From assembly GCA_946536955.1 (NCBI GenBank), contig CAMNFJ010000001.1, positions 1 through 49,418 of the forward strand: a DNA stretch of 49,418 nucleotides. Direction: 5' to 3'. The stretch's first letter is position 1; each line of letters starts with the position of its first letter. The DNA is from an uncultured Lachnospiraceae bacterium (GTDB lineage Bacteria > Bacillota > Clostridia > Lachnospirales > Lachnospiraceae). This document shows, one piece after another, positions 27,483-37,102 of this stretch. Under the pieces are notes generated by a model that had not been told where the DNA came from, did not search any database, and saw only the letters and a list, made by a program, of their open reading frames with translations. The position numbers and the translations under genes are program-made.

Positions 27483-28814
27483 GTGTCCCCTATAGGTTCG
27501 ATTCGAAATAAAATTACATCTGCGGGAGAAAAAAGCGCGGAGAAGCTCCGCGCGGCTGCTGTGCGCGCAACAGCCAGAAACGGCAGGGTCTCCTATTCCT
27601 ACGAGGAACCCCAGGAGGATGTGCTCCTGATGCAGGAGACCGTATCTGAGCGCATGAGGCAGGGGGAGACCCCGTCCTCCGTCCTCGGCTCCTCCGTCTT
27701 TCTGCGGGAGGGAGTCACGCCCCCCTTCTTTTCCATTTTCATGACCGTCCGGGAACCTGATCTGCGTCTCTTCCGGGCAAGTCTGACGTCAGTCCTGGAC
27801 CAGACCTACGGGAACTTTGAACTCTACATTCTGGACCTGGGGATCTCTGACCAGGTCAGGGATGTGATCGCCTGGTACAGGGAGGAGAGACTGCATTATC
27901 TGGATGTCTCCGACGGGAGCGGTCTGACAGGCGCCTTCAACCGGGCGGCCGGAATGGCCGGCGGCGACTATATCCTGCGTCTGGAGTGCGGCGACCTGCT
28001 GACCAGGGATGCCCTGTTTGAGGCGGCCCTGGCCATTATGCAGACCGACGCGGAGATTCTCTACGCGGATGAGGACCGCAGGGACGCCCGGGGCAGGCAT
28101 TTCAGCGATCCCTGGTTCAAGCCTGATTTCAGTGTGGATTACCTCTATGCGGTCGACTATGTATCCAGGATCCTCTTTGTGCGCCGGTCCCTCTTTCTGG
28201 CCCTGCGCTTCAGGGAGGGCTACGAGGAAGCCCCGGAATACGACCTTATCCTGCGGGCGCCCAAGTCCGGGATCCACCATATCCAGAGGGTCCTCTGCCA
28301 TGTCTGCCAGAAGAACAGCGGCGCCCAGGAGCCGGCGGAGGCCAGGAAACGGGCCCTGGAGGACTATTTCCGCGTGCGCGGCATCCGGGCAGTGGTCCGT
28401 CCCGCCCGCACGGGCCGGATCATGGAGATCGACTACATCCCCGATATCTTCAGCTCCAGGCCTATGGTCGGGATCGTCGGCGGCAAGGTCCTGGATGAGA
28501 AGCACCGGATCATAGGCGGCCTGCAGGATGAACGGGGCAATGTTCTCTTCGAGGGCTGGGATGAGGCCGAGGAGGGCCCCCGCCAGATCGCCCAGACCGC
28601 CCGCAATGCCTGGGCGGTGGATGTGCGCTGCATGAGGATCCGGCCGGAGCTCCACGGGCTCTATGAGGAGATCTTCGGCTGCTCCTACGAGGAACATGTC
28701 ATGTACAGCAGAGACAATTTCGGGGAACTCAGCCGCAGGTTCTGCAGCCGGGTCCGCGAAATGGGCTATGTCATCATCTGGAATCCGACTCTGAGAAGGG
28801 TCGTGCGGGGCTGA
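27483..28814 (+). CDS. Glycosyltransferase family 2-like protein, degenerate motifs
   Basis: SVLDQTYGNFELYILD, LYADED..PWFKPDFS, EYDLILR, VGIVGGKVL; GAGGT RBS before GTG. Confidence 0.8.
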   Translation: MSPIGSIRNKITSAGEKSAEKLRAAAVRATARNGRVSYSYEEPQEDVLLMQETVSERMRQGETPSSVLGSSVFLREGVTPPFFSIFMTVREPDLRLFRASLTSVLDQTYGNFELYILDLGISDQVRDVIAWYREERLHYLDVSDGSGLTGAFNRAAGMAGGDYILRLECGDLLTRDALFEAALAIMQTDAEILYADEDRRDARGRHFSDPWFKPDFSVDYLYAVDYVSRILFVRRSLFLALRFREGYEEAPEYDLILRAPKSGIHHIQRVLCHVCQKNSGAQEPAEARKRALEDYFRVRGIRAVVRPARTGRIMEIDYIPDIFSSRPMVGIVGGKVLDEKHRIIGGLQDERGNVLFEGWDEAEEGPRQIAQTARNAWAVDVRCMRIRPELHGLYEEIFGCSYEEHVMYSRDNFGELSRRFCSRVREMGYVIIWNPTLRRVVRG

Positions 28815-28901
28815 GGCAGCCCCGCTGTTTCCTTTTTGAAAAACAGAAATTACGGAAGCTGTCCGTCCTTCGGGCAGCTTTTGTCAGCTTGAGAGGTGAT
28901 C

Positions 28902-29993
28902 ATGAATAAAGTGACAGCCGTGCTGCCCGTGAGAAACTGCCGGCAGCAGCTCTGGAAATGCCTGAAGGCGCTGGGCGCAGGGAGCCTGGTTCCCGACCTG
29001 GTCATCGTGGATGACGGGTCGGAGGACGGGACCGCGCAGATGATAAAAAAACACTGGCCGGAGGCGGTCCTGCTCAGGCTCCCCGGCCACACGGGCTATG
29101 CCCACGCGGCGAACGCGGGGCTGAGGCTGGTGCGCACGGAGTACGCCTTTCTGATCCGCCCCGGCTTCCAGCCTTCCAGGGCCTGTGTAGAGACCCTTCT
29201 GCAAGTCCTGGAGGCGGACGGCGCGGAGGATGTCTTCTGTGCCCTGCCCCGCTTTGAGGAAAAAAGAGGACCCGGCAGTCCCCGTGCGGACGCGCAGGCC
29301 GGAAAAAATAAAAAGGAAAAAAAGGATAAAAAGGCCCGCAGGTCCGGCGGAAGGGGCCCGGAGACGGAAGAGGTCATCGCTGTCCGGGACGGGTGCGCCA
29401 TGTACAGGATGAAGGCCCTGGAGGAGATCGGCTGGTTCGATGAACGCCATTTTGAGGGCCAGGAGGCCTTTGACCTGACTATCCGCGCCGCGCTTTCCGG
29501 TTACAGGACAGTGCGGGCCGCGGGTGCCGCAGTCCGGCCCCTGGCAGGAGACGGATCCGGGACTTCGGACACCTTCCGCCGGCAGATGGCTGCGGGCAAT
29601 ACGGGCTATGTCTTTTATAAAAACCTTCCCGCCCTGCAGAGGGTCCTGGGAAGCCCGGTCTTTGCCCTGGCTGACGCCGCCAGGATCGCGGACTTCGCCC
29701 GGCGGGGAGAACTGGACCAGTACAGGATGGCCGCCGTGCGCGGCAGGGCCCTCCGCAGTCTCGAAAAGGAGCGGCGGCAGGCCCTGGATGAGGGCGTTTC
29801 CGTCTATCCGGAGACCCTGGCCGACGCCTCTTTTCTCGGCATGGAAGGGGCCGGAGGGAGGATCTACCCGCTCTTTCTGGCGGAAAAGGAGGCCTTTGCA
29901 GCGGACAGGCTCCCGGCCCTGTGGAGGATCCAGCGCCTGCTGACGAAGGAATTTCCGCAGCTGGTCCGCCTGATCCGGCAGGGCTGCCTGTGA
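28902..29993 (+). CDS. Glycosyltransferase family 2-like protein, degenerate
   Basis: VTAVLP, VIVDDGSEDGT, GYAHAANAG, ALEEIGWFDERHF; DxD position reads IRPG. Confidence 0.8.
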   Translation: MNKVTAVLPVRNCRQQLWKCLKALGAGSLVPDLVIVDDGSEDGTAQMIKKHWPEAVLLRLPGHTGYAHAANAGLRLVRTEYAFLIRPGFQPSRACVETLLQVLEADGAEDVFCALPRFEEKRGPGSPRADAQAGKNKKEKKDKKARRSGGRGPETEEVIAVRDGCAMYRMKALEEIGWFDERHFEGQEAFDLTIRAALSGYRTVRAAGAAVRPLAGDGSGTSDTFRRQMAAGNTGYVFYKNLPALQRVLGSPVFALADAARIADFARRGELDQYRMAAVRGRALRSLEKERRQALDEGVSVYPETLADASFLGMEGAGGRIYPLFLAEKEAFAADRLPALWRIQRLLTKEFPQLVRLIRQGCL

Positions 29994-30100
29994 GAAATTT
30001 TCGCGGCCTCCCGGGTTGATCCGGCAGGGCTGCCTGTGAGAAATTTCCTCAGCCGGTGCGCCTGATCCGGCAGAAATGCCTGTGAGTTTTTTCCGCGGCC
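29948..30100. repeat. 46-bp tandem repeat made from the 3' end of the GT2 gene (about 3.5 copies)
   Basis: TGATCCGGCAG(GGC/AAA)TGCCTGTGAG at 29971, 30017, 30063. Confidence 0.9.
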
Positions 30101-30204
30101 GGCCGGGACAGGGCTTCCTGCTATGGCAGTTTGCTCAAAATGCGAAAAAAAACTTCTAATAATTAGGACTAATGTCTGAAAATGGGAAGTGAGCAGGTTC
30201 TGAA

Positions 30205-30233
30205 TTGTAAATGAATCCGGATGATGGTATCAT
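30205..30233 (+). promoter_or_regulatory. Sigma-A-type promoter
   Basis: TTGTAA-17 bp-TATCAT with extended TG. Confidence 0.55.
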
Positions 30234-30501
30234 AGGTTTATCCAAAGCGTCAAAATACAACATATTGGGTTCTGAGCAGACCAAAATACAAGGGAACCGG
30301 AGCGGGGGATATTTTTCCCGCAGGGGCCTGGCTGCTTTCTGACTGCGCGGTACCCGTGTCATCAGACAGGGGATATGCGCGAAAAAGGAAAATTTGCCTG
30401 TTTTCAGGTTTTTTCCCGGAAGCTGTCTGCTGAGATTCTGCATGGGACAGACCCGGCGCGGCGGATACAGGCAATAGGGCGAAAATAGCCGGAGGAGACA
30501 G

Positions 30502-31131
30502 ATGCGAAACACGATCCCGATCATGGAGCTGGATAATCCCGATGAGCTGATCCGCGCGAACGGCGCGGCGGAGGCGGCGCAGACTGTCAGGCTCCGCGAG
30601 GAAGTCAGTGATTATACGCAGATGATCGAGCAGCTCCGCGATCTGTATGACCGCAACAATGAGCTGGTTCAGAAGCTCCAGTTTATGAACCGGACCCAGA
30701 CCGACGAGATCCGGAGGCTGATCGAGGAAAACAACGACCGGATCTCCGAAAAGCTCTCCGCCCTGCAGGAATTGGACACGAAGGCCTTCCAGGAGGAGGT
30801 CTCCGCGGCTGTCGGGGACTCCCGGGAGGCGGTTCTGGCTGCTCTGCAGCAGACGCAGGATCAGTCTGCCCGTCTGCAGCAGCAGTCCGATGATTTCAAC
30901 CATAAAGAGAACGTCAGAGTATACAGAAACATTCAGGCTTCCATGATTGCGGAGCTGGGCAAACAGACTCAGGAGCTCAGCGCCCGGCTGGACGCCCTGC
31001 AGGAGAGTACCCGGACAGATCCCGCAGATGCTTTTATGCGGAAGATCACCTTCGGCGTCGTGATCGCCATCCTGGCGATCCAGCTGCTGGAAGGAGTCGG
31101 GCTGCTGACCCTGCTGCTGTCCCTGCACTGA
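30502..31131 (+). CDS. Hypothetical coiled-coil protein with C-terminal membrane anchor
   Basis: E/Q/L-rich heptads, HKENVRVYRNIQAS motif, single C-terminal TM; GGAGGAG RBS. Confidence 0.75.
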   Translation: MRNTIPIMELDNPDELIRANGAAEAAQTVRLREEVSDYTQMIEQLRDLYDRNNELVQKLQFMNRTQTDEIRRLIEENNDRISEKLSALQELDTKAFQEEVSAAVGDSREAVLAALQQTQDQSARLQQQSDDFNHKENVRVYRNIQASMIAELGKQTQELSARLDALQESTRTDPADAFMRKITFGVVIAILAIQLLEGVGLLTLLLSLH

Positions 31132-31203
31132 GGTTCTTTTTGTGCTTTTTGTGTGGCGTCGGGGGATTCTTTTTCCCGCATACCATAAGGGGTGACGGCA
31201 TCT

Positions 31204-31941
31204 ATGGCTAGACAGTACTGGCGGCCCTCCAATATGCTGTATCCTGTTCCGCCGGTCATGATCAGCTGTGCGGACGAGGAGGGAAAGAGCAATATTATGA
31301 CGGCGGCCTGGGCGGGAACGATCTGCAGCGACCCCGTGATGGTCTCGGTATCCATCCGTCCGGAGCGCTATTCCCACGATGTGATCGCCAGGACCGGTGA
31401 ATTTGTCATCAACCTCACGACCGAGGACCTGGCATATGCGGCGGATTTCTGCGGCGTCCGGTCCGGAAGAGATGTCGACAAATTTGAGTACCTTCACCTG
31501 ACAAAGATCCCGTCCCGCAAGGTCGGCGCTCCCTCGATCGGGGAGAGCCCCGTCTGCCTTGAGTGCAGGGTCACGGAGATCCGGAAGCTGGGGACCCATG
31601 ACCTCTTCATAGCCGAGGTCGTCCAGGTTTCCGTGGATGAAAAATACCTGGACAGCCGGGGCCGTTTTGCCCTGGAGGATGCGGAGCTGGTGGCCTATGT
31701 GCACGGATCCTATCTGGGTCTGGGCAAAAAGCTGGGGACTTTCGGCTACTCTGTGAGAAAGAAGGCTAATACCCGCGGGCAGAAGGCTGCCGCAGGCGGC
31801 CGGGAACCCCTCCGGGGCCGGCGCTCCGGGCATGCTGACCGGGATCCTGGAGAGGGCCGGGGGACAGACCGCGGAAGGTACGGAAGAGGAAAAGCGGAAA
31901 GGAATCCGCAGTCCGGCAGGGACCGAAGACGGACAAAATAG
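31204..31941 (+). CDS. Flavin reductase / flavoredoxin family protein with basic low-complexity tail
   Basis: LYPVPPVMIS, NIMTAAW, GEFVINL, DFCGVRSGRDVDKF, ESPVCLEC, GTHDLFIAEV. Confidence 0.9.
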   Translation: MARQYWRPSNMLYPVPPVMISCADEEGKSNIMTAAWAGTICSDPVMVSVSIRPERYSHDVIARTGEFVINLTTEDLAYAADFCGVRSGRDVDKFEYLHLTKIPSRKVGAPSIGESPVCLECRVTEIRKLGTHDLFIAEVVQVSVDEKYLDSRGRFALEDAELVAYVHGSYLGLGKKLGTFGYSVRKKANTRGQKAAAGGREPLRGRRSGHADRDPGEGRGTDRGRYGRGKAERNPQSGRDRRRTK

Positions 31942-32129
31942 GGAAATTAAGTAACTGTTCAGCACCCCCATAGTCATAGATGCTTACGCATCTATGATCG
32001 TGTATTGCAGATGCTTTGCACCTGCAATCTCGGGCTGACAGAGGCGCTACGCGCCGACAGACCGTTTTACGGTCTGTTGTCGCCCCCCGCAGGGACCTGC
32101 TGCAGTCAGTGATATAAAGAGGCTATTCA

Positions 32130-33428
32130 ATGGAACATTATATTGTGAAGGGGGGCAATCCCCTGAGCGGCGAAGTGGAGATCGCAGGCGCGAAAAATGC
32201 GGCACTGGGTATTCTGGCGGCGTCCGTCATGACCAGTGAGACAGTCACGCTCGAGAATATACCGGATGTCAGTGACATCCGGGCGATCCTTAAGGCGATC
32301 CAGTCGATCGGCGCTCATGTCGAAAGGATCGACCGCCATTGTTACAGGATCAACGGGTCCATGATCAACCGCGACTCTGTCGTGGACAACGATTATGTGC
32401 GCAAGATTAGAGGGTCCTACTACCTGATCGGAGCCCTGCTGGGCAAGCACCGTCGCGCCGCTGTGGCCCTGCCCGGCGGATGTAATATCGGCCTGCGTCC
32501 GATCGACCAGCATATCAAGGGCTTCCGGGCCCTGGGCGCGGATGTCCGCCTGGCCCCTCCCGGCATGGTCATCGCCGAGGCGGAGGCCCTCAAGGGCGCC
32601 CACATCTATATGGATGTCGTCTCCGTCGGCGCCACGATCAACATCATGATGGCCTCTGTCATGGCGGAGGGAGTCACGATCATTGAAAACGCGGCCAAGG
32701 AGCCCCATGTCGTCGATACGGCCAACTTCCTCAACAGCATGGGCGCCAGCATCAAGGGCGCCGGCACGGATGTGATCCGCATCAAGGGCGTGGAGAAGCT
32801 GCACGGCACCAATTATTCCATCATTCCGGACCAGATCGAGGCCGGGACCTTCATGTTCGCCGCAGCGGCGACCCGCGGGGATGTCGTGATCAAAAATGTC
32901 ATTCCCAAGCACCTGGAGTCCCTGACGGCCAAGCTCCTGGAGATCGGATGTCAGATCCACGAGTCGGATGATGAGCTGCGCGTCGTCGCGACCAGGCGCC
33001 TGAACTCGACCAATGCCAAGACCCTTCCCTATCCCGGCTTCCCCACGGATATGCAGCCCCAGATCACGGTCCTGCTGGGCCTTTCCAGAGGGATCAGCAT
33101 CGTGACCGAGAGCATCTTTGAAAACAGGTTCAAGTATGTCGACGAGCTCACCAAGATGGGAGCCCACATCCAGGTGGAGGGCAACAGCGCCATCGTGGAC
33201 GGCGTGGAAAAATATACCGGAGCCAATCTGAGCTCCCCCGACCTGCGCGCGGGCGCGGCCCTGGTGATCGCGGCCCTGGCGGCGGAGGGGATCTCCGAGA
33301 TCTTTGATATCAAGTATATCGAGCGCGGATACGAGGACTTCCCCGAGAAGCTCCGCAGGCTCGGCGCGGAGATCGAGTGCATTGACACCGAGAAGGAAAA
33401 GAGAAGGTTCCAGTTCCGGGTCGGCTGA
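32130..33428 (+). CDS. murA: UDP-N-acetylglucosamine 1-carboxyvinyltransferase
   Basis: GAKNAAL, LPGGCNIGLRPIDQH, SVGATINIM, PYPGFPTDMQ, DLRAGAAL. Confidence 0.97.
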   Translation: MEHYIVKGGNPLSGEVEIAGAKNAALGILAASVMTSETVTLENIPDVSDIRAILKAIQSIGAHVERIDRHCYRINGSMINRDSVVDNDYVRKIRGSYYLIGALLGKHRRAAVALPGGCNIGLRPIDQHIKGFRALGADVRLAPPGMVIAEAEALKGAHIYMDVVSVGATINIMMASVMAEGVTIIENAAKEPHVVDTANFLNSMGASIKGAGTDVIRIKGVEKLHGTNYSIIPDQIEAGTFMFAAAATRGDVVIKNVIPKHLESLTAKLLEIGCQIHESDDELRVVATRRLNSTNAKTLPYPGFPTDMQPQITVLLGLSRGISIVTESIFENRFKYVDELTKMGAHIQVEGNSAIVDGVEKYTGANLSSPDLRAGAALVIAALAAEGISEIFDIKYIERGYEDFPEKLRRLGAEIECIDTEKEKRRFQFRVG

Positions 33429-33520
33429 AGAGGCCGTAACACACATGCAGACCATGTCCTGACGCTCTGACGGGCGGCATGGCCGGAAGGAACTGAACAA
33501 TAGAATATTGGTATCTGCAG

Positions 33521-33657
33521 GATTTTTCGGGGCAGGGTGAGATTCCCGACTGGCGGTGAGGGCTTTGTTTACAGGGCCTCAAGTCCGCGACCCGCCTATG
33601 GCGGCTGACACGGTGAGATTCCGGGACCAACAGTAGAGTCTGGATGGAAGAAAGATC
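33521..33657 (+). ncRNA. FMN riboswitch (RFN element)
   Basis: TTCGGGGCAGGGTGAGATTCCCGACTGGCGGT...AAGTCCGCGA...GCTGACACGGTGAGATTCCG...ACAGTAGAGTCTGGATGGAAGAA matches the RFN consensus; upstream of ribU. Confidence 0.95.
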
Positions 33658-33806
33658 AGTGGATGAGCAGCAGCGCGTGTTGACCGCGCCGAGGGACAAA
33701 GCCTGCCGGCAGCAGCCGGCACGGAGAAAGCCCTGTGCCCTTTCGGGGCCGGGGATCCATGGCGCAGGCAACAGTCCGGCTCTCATCCTCAAGGTTCAGT
33801 ACAGCA

Positions 33807-33837
33807 GCCCCGTATCGCAGTGATACGGGGTTTTTTT
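33807..33837 (+). terminator. Intrinsic terminator in the FMN riboswitch expression platform
   Basis: GCCCCGTATC..GATACGGGGT stem + T7 between aptamer and ribU. Confidence 0.85.
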
Positions 33838-33976
33838 ACGGTCAGACTGTCCGCGGCTCAGCCCGGACAGCTGCCTGCCAGGCCCTTCACAGGGAGGGCG
33901 GAACGGAAACACAGAATAGATTTGTCTGTTTAACAGGAAGACGTCTCCGGATGCAGACCGGGGACAGGAAAGGAGT

Positions 33977-34744
33977 ATGATCATGGGAAACGGATTACTT
34001 GACGCAGTAAAGGAAAACGGGAGCTTTTTGGGCGTCTGCCTGCTGGCAGTCGTGGGCCTGGTCCTGGTGGCCTACCTGTTTGAGAGGGCGGCCCGTGCCA
34101 GGCGCGGAGGGACGGAGAGGATCCTGGCCACCCGCAAGATCGTCATGATCGGTATGTTCTCGGCCCTGTCCGGCATCCTCTACTGCTTTGACTTCTCCAT
34201 CCCGGTCATCGCTCCGGAGTTTTACAAGCTGGACTTCTCCGAGCTCCCCGCCATGATCGCGGGCTTTGCCTTCGGACCCGTCGCCGGCGTCCTGGTGGAA
34301 TTTATCAAGGAGCTGGTCAAGCTGGTCATCAAGGGGACCTCGACCGCCTTTGTCGGCGACCTGGCCAATTTCCTGATCGGCTGCATGCTGGTCCTTCCGG
34401 CCTCCATCATTTATCAGTTTAAAAAATCCAAGACGGGCGCAATCATGGGATGCGTGGCCGGGACAGTCATCATGACGGTCTTCGGGACCATGTTCAATGC
34501 CGTCTACCTGCTGCCGGCCTTCTCAAAGCTCTTCGGCCTGCCCCTGGACGCCATCCTGGGCATGGGCGCCGCCATCAACCCCGGCGTAAAGGACCTGACC
34601 TCCTTTGTGATCCTCATGGTCGCCCCGATCAACATCATCAAGGGCGTGGGCATTTCCGTACTCACCATGCTGATCTACAAGAAGGTCAGTCCCATCATCA
34701 AGTACGGCCGGACTATGACCGAGGGCCAGAGCCACAGGGCCTGA
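33977..34744 (+). CDS. ribU: ECF transporter S component, riboflavin uptake
   Basis: FYKLDFSELPAMI, FGPVAG, VGDLANF, PINIIKG, LIYKKVSP; FMN riboswitch upstream. Confidence 0.9.
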   Translation: MIMGNGLLDAVKENGSFLGVCLLAVVGLVLVAYLFERAARARRGGTERILATRKIVMIGMFSALSGILYCFDFSIPVIAPEFYKLDFSELPAMIAGFAFGPVAGVLVEFIKELVKLVIKGTSTAFVGDLANFLIGCMLVLPASIIYQFKKSKTGAIMGCVAGTVIMTVFGTMFNAVYLLPAFSKLFGLPLDAILGMGAAINPGVKDLTSFVILMVAPINIIKGVGISVLTMLIYKKVSPIIKYGRTMTEGQSHRA

Positions 34745-35119
34745 GGGCATGACTGTCCCTGATGCGATGCGAAAGTAAACCAGCTGCCGGAGCCGCAGGG
34801 CCTGAGGCTCCCGGGAGGAAGCTCCGGCCGGTGCGCCGGATCTCCGCGGAGCCCTCAGAACGGGAGAAAGCTCCGGCGGCACAGGATTTCGTGCTTTTCT
34901 CCGGCCGCAGATGTTTGATTCCCCCGGTAAATGTGCTATGATGAAGTCGTTCTGTGCGGCGGACCCCGACCATGACCGGGTCCTGCGGCTTCTGACCCGG
35001 GCTTTCCGGGAAGACCGCGGGTCTGCTTTACAGGCCGGGCAGAGGTCCGGAGCCGGGATCATTCCATTCCCGGCAAAAAGGAAAAAGAAAGAGAAAAAAA
35101 GACTGAGGAGGAAAAGACA

Positions 35120-35548
35120 ATGATTGCGATCGGATCAGACCACGGCGGCTTCGAGCTTAAGGCAAAAGTGATCAGCCATTTGAAAAATAAGGGGATCGAG
35201 TGCAGGGACTTCGGGACCTACAGCCTGGATTCCTGTGACTATCCCGAATACGGGCGCGCAGTCGGAGAGGCAGTGGCCTCCGGCGAATGCGAGAAGGGCA
35301 TCGTCATCTGCACGACCGGTATCGGCATCTCCATCGCGGCCAACAAGGTCCGCGGCATCCGCTGCGGTCTCTGCCACAATACGACCACGGCCCGCCTGAC
35401 CCGCGAGCACAATAATGCCAATGTCCTTGCGATCGGCGCAGGCATGGTGGGCGAGAATGTCGCCATGGATATTGTGGACACCTTCCTTTCGACGGAATTT
35501 TCGCAGGGTGAGCGCCACCAGAGAAGGATCGACAAGATCGAGGGCTGA
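35120..35548 (+). CDS. rpiB: Ribose-5-phosphate isomerase B
   Basis: IAIGSDHGG, CDYP, CTTGIGISIAANKV, REHNNANVL, RHQRRI. Confidence 0.97.
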   Translation: MIAIGSDHGGFELKAKVISHLKNKGIECRDFGTYSLDSCDYPEYGRAVGEAVASGECEKGIVICTTGIGISIAANKVRGIRCGLCHNTTTARLTREHNNANVLAIGAGMVGENVAMDIVDTFLSTEFSQGERHQRRIDKIEG

Positions 35549-35668
35549 ATTTAACCGATATGGCAGCGGGACTGCCATATAATAACATATTGCAAAGGTC
35601 AGGTGGGTGTTCATGCACGCAGGGCCTTTGCTTTTTTGTCTGCATACGACAGAAAGGTTCGTACCCGT

Positions 35669-36115
35669 ATGAATGCTGTGACGAAGATATATGAGAGCCA
35701 TAGTCCGGACGAGACGCTGGAGATCGGCAGGAGGATGGGGGAGGAAGCCCGGGCCGGGGAGGTCTATGCCCTGGTCGGCGACCTGGGTGTAGGCAAGACG
35801 GTCTTCACCAAGGGATTTGCCGAGGGCCTGGGGATCGACGAAGCGGTCAACAGCCCCACCTTTACGATCCTGCAGAGCTATGAGGAGGGGAGGCTTCCCC
35901 TCTATCATTTTGATGTCTACCGGATCGAGGAGCCCGAGGAGATGGAGGAGATCGGTCTGGACGAGTATCTGGACGGGGATGGTGTCTGCCTGATCGAATG
36001 GGCCGGAAGGATCGCGGACCTGCTGCCTGAGGATGTCATCATCATCCGGATCGAAAAGGATCTGGAAAAGGGGCTGGACTACCGCCGGATCACGCAGATC
36101 CGCAACAAGGCCTGA
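35669..36115 (+). CDS. tsaE: tRNA t6A biosynthesis ATPase
   Basis: GDLGVGKT, SPTFTI, HFDVYR, LIEW. Confidence 0.96.
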   Translation: MNAVTKIYESHSPDETLEIGRRMGEEARAGEVYALVGDLGVGKTVFTKGFAEGLGIDEAVNSPTFTILQSYEEGRLPLYHFDVYRIEEPEEMEEIGLDEYLDGDGVCLIEWAGRIADLLPEDVIIIRIEKDLEKGLDYRRITQIRNKA

Positions 36116-36128
36116 GGAGGATGGGAAT

Positions 36129-36866
36129 ATGATAATACTTGCAATAGAGGCATCCGGCCCGGTCGCCGGCTGCGCGGTCCTCGAGGACGGCCTGCTGACC
36201 GCGGACTACAATGTTCAATATAAAAAGAAACACTCGCAGAGCCTAGTCCCCATGATGGATGAGGTCAGGCGCATGCTGGAGCTGGACCTGAAGACCGTGG
36301 ACGCCATCGCCATCGCCAGGGGCCCCGGATCCTTTACCGGACTCAGGATCGGGGCGGCGACCGCCAAGGGCGCCGCGATGGCCATGGACAGGCCGGTCAT
36401 CCCCGTGCCGACCGTGGATTCCATCGCCTACAACCTCTACGGAACGGAGGGCCTGATCTGCCCCATGATGGATGCCCGCAGGCAGCAGGTCTACACCGGA
36501 ATCTATGCCTGGACCAGGGAGGACGGCATTCCCCGCTTCAAGGTCCTCCGCCCCCAGTGCGTCGTCCCGGTCGATGAGATCGCGGCGGACCTCAATGAGC
36601 GCGGCAGGGAGGTCATTTTCCTCGGAGACGGCGTCCCCGTCTACAGAGAGGCCCTGGCCGGCCTGATGCAGGTGCCTTTTTCCTTTGCGCCCGCCCACCT
36701 GGCCCGCCAGCGCGCCGCCGCGGTGGCGGCTCTGGCCTATGCACTCTGGCAGGACCAGGGACAGGCCTGCATGGTATCCGCGGATGATTTCAGGCCCGAG
36801 TACCTCCGCCTGGCCCAGGCCGAGCAGGAACACAGCGAGCGGAGGAACTTTTCCCTGCTCCTGTGA
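36129..36866 (+). CDS. tsaB: tRNA t6A biosynthesis protein
   Basis: ILAIEAS, HSQSL, GPGSFTGLRIG, MDARRQQVY, PEYLR. Confidence 0.96.
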   Translation: MIILAIEASGPVAGCAVLEDGLLTADYNVQYKKKHSQSLVPMMDEVRRMLELDLKTVDAIAIARGPGSFTGLRIGAATAKGAAMAMDRPVIPVPTVDSIAYNLYGTEGLICPMMDARRQQVYTGIYAWTREDGIPRFKVLRPQCVVPVDEIAADLNERGREVIFLGDGVPVYREALAGLMQVPFSFAPAHLARQRAAAVAALAYALWQDQGQACMVSADDFRPEYLRLAQAEQEHSERRNFSLLL

Positions 36867-37102
36867 AATGAGAGACTGCTCTCTTATGTTCTGCCTCCGG
36901 ACTGGGCAGATGACATAAATAAAGTGATCATGCACAAAAAATGCTGAAAAACGGCTGTGGATTTATACGATATGCATGAAATGCACAACATATACCCTTC
37001 GGATGTGTTATAATAAATGGGAACCTTTAATGGCAGCAGACCGGCTGGCCTGAGCAGCCGGTTCTGACGTCGGCCTACATTTTTATCAGACAGGAGGGTA
37101 AT

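Noticed and set aside
29971-30100. Mini-CRISPR
   Set aside because: Intervals are only 16 bp and resemble one another and the gene end; simple tandem duplication
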